Assembly: GCF_009914755.1 (NCBI RefSeq)
Contig: NC_060938.1
Length of the DNA stretch: 64,000 nt
From: the human T2T-CHM13v2.0 reference genome, Homo sapiens
Direction: 5' to 3' (one strand)
Positions within the stretch are counted from its first letter, which is position 1, and each line of letters begins with the position of its first letter. Positions 58,915-64,000 of this stretch are shown piece by piece. Made by a program: the position numbers and the translations under genes. The notes under the pieces were generated by a model, which made no database searches, was not told the origin of the DNA, and worked only from the letters and a program-made list of their open reading frames with translations.

Positions 58915-60620
58915 CTCAAAACTTTTGCTTATGCCCATGTTAGAGTAAGTGGGACCAGACTTCACCATAAACAACTAGAAAACTGGAACAAATATATGAA
59001 ACACCTGTTTTCAAATACTGAACATCAGGCAATGTTGAACTGTAACCTTTAGAGAAGGGAAACAAATGAGGTGAGCCCTACAGTTTCCTTGGCTTTCTGC
59101 CTGGAGGCATTTCTGGACCACAGGAACAGGGAAGGGCCTCAGCCTGAATACAGTGGTTGCACTGAGTTAAGAAGAAAAAACTGGAGTTGAGAGAGGCTGA
59201 AGTAGCTAGAATTTATAGGACAAATAGAGAAATAACACCCGAAATTTGCATAACAGTCCTTTTGATTTTTTTGCTGAATACCAAGCCACAAGTGATGTTG
59301 GAAAAAGAACAAATGGGAAGTTTTAAGCTAAAGCAGTTCCCCTGGCTCATGCTAGGCTGGGAGACACTTGAGTTCCAAACAGGCAAAGTAGAGAGTCCTC
59401 ACTGAACACCTGGGACATTCAATGGAGACCCAAGAAGGATCGTGTCACAGTAATAGGTCTAAACCAGACATACGCTAGCAGAACTAGACATACCCTAGCA
59501 TACCCCTATGTCTAAACTAGACATACCCTAGCGTTAATAGGTCTAAACTGTACATATCCTAGCAGACTTACCCTAAACTAGACAAACCCTGGCAGGTTTG
59601 TTTTTGAGGCTTAAAAACAAACCTCAAAATGATCAAGGTGATTCTCAAGTAACTTATCTACCTGATAGAAAAATGTTCAGCACTATTTAAGAAAACAAAC
59701 AAACAAAAAACACATGGAACTCAACAACAAAAAATTCAAATTGTCCAGCATATCATTTTTAAAAATCATAAGTTCAAAGAAAAAAGAAAATGTTACCCAT
59801 TACCAAGAGAAAAAAATCAGCTACCACAAATGAATACAGAAATAACAGAAATGTGAAATTAAAAGTTGAAAGGTATAGACTCAAGGATTTGAAGGAAAGC
59901 ATGAACCTCATGAAAGAGAAATGGAAAAAAGACCCAAATGAAAATTTTAGAGCTGAAAATACAGTGTCAGAAATGAAAAATTCAATAAATGACATTAAAG
60001 TAGGTGAACATGTCAGAAAAAAAAAAAAACAGTGAACTTGATGACATCGTAGTATACATTATCCAAAGGAGGGCACAGACAGCAAAACACCTAGAAAAAA
60101 ATGAACAGAGCCTCAGTGGCCTATGGCGCATTATCAAAAAGTCTAAAGTATGTCAATGGAGTCTCAGAAGGAGAGAAGAGAGAAAGAAACATAAAGATAT
60201 TTGAATGAACAATGGCTTAACATTTTCAAAAGTTGATGAAAATTATAAATTGACAGATCCTATATGCTCAATGAACTACCAGCAGGATAAACACAAAGAG
60301 AACCACGACAAGCATATCAAAGTCAAATTGCTGGAAATCAGTGATGAAGAGAAAGAAACAAAACAAAACAAAAAACACACGATAAGTACAGAAAAACAAT
60401 AAATTACTATAGACTTCATATAAAAAACAATGCAAGCCATGGGACACAATGACATCTTTACATTTTAAGAGTAAAATCATTCTACCTAGAATTCTGTATC
60501 CAGTAACAATATCCTTTTTGAATAAAACCAAAGTAAAAGCATTTTCAGACAAACAAAAGCTAAAAGAATTTGAAGAACTTCTTCAACAGACCTTTATGAA
60601 AAGAAATGTAAAAAGATTTC
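58915..60620 (+). mobile_element. Old L1M 5' region and decayed ORF1
   Basis: A-rich ORF1 remnants (AAAATGAACAGAGCCTCAG, CCTAGAATTCTGTATCCAG, AAAAGCATTTTCAGACAAAC); ORF 60449-60676 resembles the ORF1p C-terminus (PRILYP..ISF...K.FSDKQKLKEF). Confidence 0.8.
59451..59594. repeat. Degenerate ~20-bp minisatellite (AAACTAGACATACCCTAGCA x5)
   Basis: Copies at 59461, 59481, 59514, 59545 and 59575. Confidence 0.85.
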
Positions 60621-62112
60621 TCAGGCAGTGCAAGCAAAGAAGTGACAATAATAATTGGCCATGGAATTTCAGTTGAGTAAGGGAAGAAGATAAGATGTCA
60701 AAAGGACAGGGTAAAGGTGAATGAGTCAATAAATGGGTTGCAAAATGGCATTATGAGGTTGTTGAAACTGAGTTTCTTGAGGGAATGAGGTGGAAAATAG
60801 GGTTGTTAGAAAACAAAATACATGAAATTGAAATATTGAAGAATTTGTAGTTACTGATAATAATGAGGTTCATAGCAAAGACTATAGAAATGGAATTTGT
60901 GTGAAAAATGGGTGCTTGCAGAAACAAGACATAACTGAGAGAGAGATATTCACAAAGCAACAATTTGAGCTATCATGACAGGAAAGAGGAGCCTCATACC
61001 TTTTCTCACCTATACAACTGCTGATTATCCCTGCAGGTACTTCTTTCTGGTCATGGTCTTTTACCTGACTTCTATTTCTGTCTCAGGCTCAGAGGGAAGT
61101 GGTGGGTCACCTTCCAATTTTGGCTTTCTTGAAAATATTTTCCAGTGAGTGACACACTTGACAAAGTAATATTAGAGCAGAATTCTATATCATTAGTTTA
61201 ACTGAAATGTTATCGGTAAAATAAAAATATTTTACACAGAAAGAGGGAAGACAGAGATGGAAGCAGCCTTTAAAAGCCCTTTGGGGGCAATTGTAGTTCC
61301 AATTAGACCCATAGGCCATCACCCTAGCAATCCCATGGCCAACCATTCAAACATCAAGTCACCAGGGACATGCTTGTCATTTTGACTAAGTGCTGCAGAG
61401 TGACTCCTCTTCAACTGCAGGTCACTGTGACTTTTTGTCTGGGAAGTTGATGGGTTGCTTACAGTGGCTGAAACAGGCAGATGCTGACATCATGTACAAC
61501 TCTGTTGAGCATTGTTGACATTCTCTACTTTCAGAATAAGTATTCTTAGACTTCCTCAGGATTTATCTGTATTTTTTTCTAAGCTAAATAACAACATAAT
61601 GCAACAGGACTAAAGACATCTATGATAGAATGAAAAGACAGCAAAATAAATCTACTTGAGAATTTAGCCAAGAATGGATTTTAAGTTACTTGAGTTAATT
61701 CGTTTCCCAAAGATTATGATTCTAATGTCTCTGAAGGAGATATTTTATCAACCAAAACAGTAAACAAACACTGAATAAAATGACAGTTGGGTCTCTTTCT
61801 GGTAGCTCATAGGTAGTTCCTCCTAAATGTGACCAGTTTAAATTCTACCCCTCCTTCAAGAGATTGCTCAAGTTGAACATCCTCAATAAATCCTATGACT
61901 GCTCCAGTTTTTGGTGGTCTCTTTTTCATCTGAGTGCCAACAATGAATATAATCTGCCACACATAGTTAGGTACTTTTTGACTTATCTTGCATTGCTTTT
62001 TTTCTAATTGTTTTATTTTCAAGCTTGTTCCATACTTGTATCAGTTTATCTCTATAACATGAGGTTAGTTTCCCTAAAGACATAGCAGCATCTAACTCTA
62101 GCTGAGCATTTG

Positions 62113-62476
62113 TGATACGGTGTGGCTCTGTGTCTCACCCAAATCTCTTCTCAAATTGTAATCCCCATGTGTTGAGGGAGGGATCTGGTGGGAAGTGATT
62201 GGATCATGGAGGTGGCTTCCCCCATGCAGTTTTTATGATAGTAAATGAGTTCTCTCATGAGATCTGATGGTTTAAAAGTGTTTGGCAGTTCCCCTACCCT
62301 CTCTCTTGCTGCCATGTAAGACATGCCTTGCTTCACCTTCTGCCATGATTGTAAGTTTCCTGAGACCTTTCCAGCCATGTGGAACTGTGAGTCAATTAAA
62401 TCTCTCTTTTTTTAGAAAAAATAAATTACCCAGTCTCAGGTAGTTCTTTAGAGCAGTGTGAAAACAGACTAATACA
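62113..62476 (+). mobile_element. MSTA/THE1-type MaLR solo LTR
   Basis: TGATACGGTGTGGCTCTGTG...ACAGACTAATACA; TSD ATTTG/ATATG. Confidence 0.88.
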
Positions 62477-62649
62477 ATATGACTGTAATTTAAAGCATAT
62501 TTATCCCATTGATGAGAAATTTATTATAGAGATTTGGCAATTGACAGGTAGAAGATAATTGAACAATTATGAATTCATTTAAGAAAAATCCTATGGTTTA
62601 TTGTATTTGTTTGGATGGTAAACTCTCATTGGTTCCTCATGTGTTGTCA

Positions 62650-63850
62650 ACCTTAAACAAGTATTTAGCTGTCAGGCACCATGTGAGACACTTGGGATAT
62701 GATAGTGTTACAGCATCGTCCCTTATCTCAAGGACTCTCTAGTGTTAAGGGAGAGACAAACAGAAAGGGAATTTTTGTGGAGTGTGATGTTAAACATAGA
62801 GTGTGTTAAACATAGAGTACTATGGGAACACAGAAGAGACATCTAGACCTGGTCTGGAGATAGAGAGAGCTTCTGGAGGAAATGACAATTTGAGCTAGCT
62901 GAGACCTGAAGGTTGGGTAGGGGTTAAGAGGGCTGAGAATATCATTGCAGCAGAGGGAAGTGTATGTGCAAATATCTGAAGTTTGAGTAGAACATTATTT
63001 TTTTCTTTCTTTTCAGAACTTGGAAGTAGCTATGCATGGCTGGAGTTTAGAGTAAGAAAAACAGAGGGTCAAGAGCTGGAGAAACGAGCAGGGCCTTATA
63101 TGTTGTGCTTGTTTTCGATTTCATCCTGAGTATATAGAGAATAATTTGAAGTGTCTTAAGCAAAAAACAGTAATGTGTCCTATTATAGAAAGAACATTCT
63201 AGATGTAATGTGAGTGAACTGGAAGACCACATGAATAAATGCAGAGATAGCAGTTACGATGTTGACAAGTACTGTATTTCACTAATTTTAAGACATACAA
63301 TTTTCCCCCCACATTTTATTATCTCTAAATCTGGATTCATCTTACCGTTAGTGGCATGTCATAAATTAACAGAAAGCTTTTATTTTCTTTCTCAGTGATA
63401 CAAAGCATAATAATGTAGTTTACAAACAATGGCAACTTAGATTCAAGTAAACAAAGTCAGAAATGATTGCAGCCTTCACTAAAATGGCAGTTGAAGAGAA
63501 GTGAATGTGAAATTAACATGTATTTTGGAGGTCAAATCATAAGAATCTGATGACTGCATTTGGGAACATGAGGTTGAGGAAAAAGTTGATGACTCCTATT
63601 TTTATTTTATTTTATGTTTTTTCATTTGTGCAGTTGGGATGTGGTGGTTCCATTCATTGAGGTAATGAACTCAATTGGGTTTGTGAGGATGAGGTAGGAA
63701 GGTGTGGGACAAGATAGATAAACAGTAAAGTTCTACGCGTAATGGTTATGAGGTTCTAGTGACTATCCAAGTTAGAACATTCCATCAGTGATTGCATCTA
63801 CACTTTTGTTTATGAAAGGAATCTGAAGAGAAGATGTGGGCTCTTCTGAA
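62650..63850 (-). mobile_element. L2 fragment
   Basis: GTATTTAGCTGTCAGGCAC...GAGCTTCTGGAGGAAATGACAATTTGAGCT...GGGCCTTATATG. Confidence 0.6.
63270..63458. mobile_element. MER104-like Tc2 MITE inside L2
   Basis: TACTGTATTTCACTAATTTTAAGACATAC...CACATTTTATTATCTCTAAATC...CTTAGATTCAAG. Confidence 0.55.
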
Positions 63851-64000
63851 AGATTTTTTACCAGCAAACCCATAAAGTAACCACAGTTGCCTTGGGCTAC
63901 AAGGGAAGCAGTTTCCATCCAAAGGCTCTTCTATCTTATGTTTCATTCTTGTCCTAAGAATCCCTGAAGTGTGAACTCTGATATTGAAGTCTACATCCTC

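Noticed and set aside
59451-59594. CRISPR-like repeat-spacer array
   Set aside because: Eukaryotic context, degenerate repeats, spacers 0-13 bp and self-similar, no cas genes.
62788-62819. Short tandem duplications (TGTTAAACATAGAGT x2; also TTCTTGAACACT x2 at ~46726)
   Set aside because: Ordinary slippage events inside old repeats.

Overview
Primate (very likely human) AT-rich, CpG-poor genomic DNA dominated by interspersed repeats: about 7 Alus, a 5-kb 5'-truncated L1PA15/16-type LINE-1, several older L1M fragments, many L2/MIR relics, a near-complete Tigger1, hAT/Tc2 MITEs and roughly 18 LTR elements (THE1/MST/MLT1 MaLRs, MER50, MER34-type, LTR14B, LTR16/33/40). Many insertions are nested, and I could read their target-site duplications (TSDs) directly. 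I found no intact protein-coding gene, RNA gene, CpG island or CRISPR array, and the listed ORFs are repeat-derived or chance. The main unexplained signal is a series of exon-like segments on the minus strand in the unique DNA between repeats (about 50.8, 32.5, 31.0, 29.4, 29.0, 13.0 and 10.7 kb), some with very strong splice sites. They could belong to a spliced lncRNA or a decayed multi-exon (unitary) pseudogene; this is an untested hypothesis. Repeat subfamily names come from remembered consensus sequences, not from a database search.
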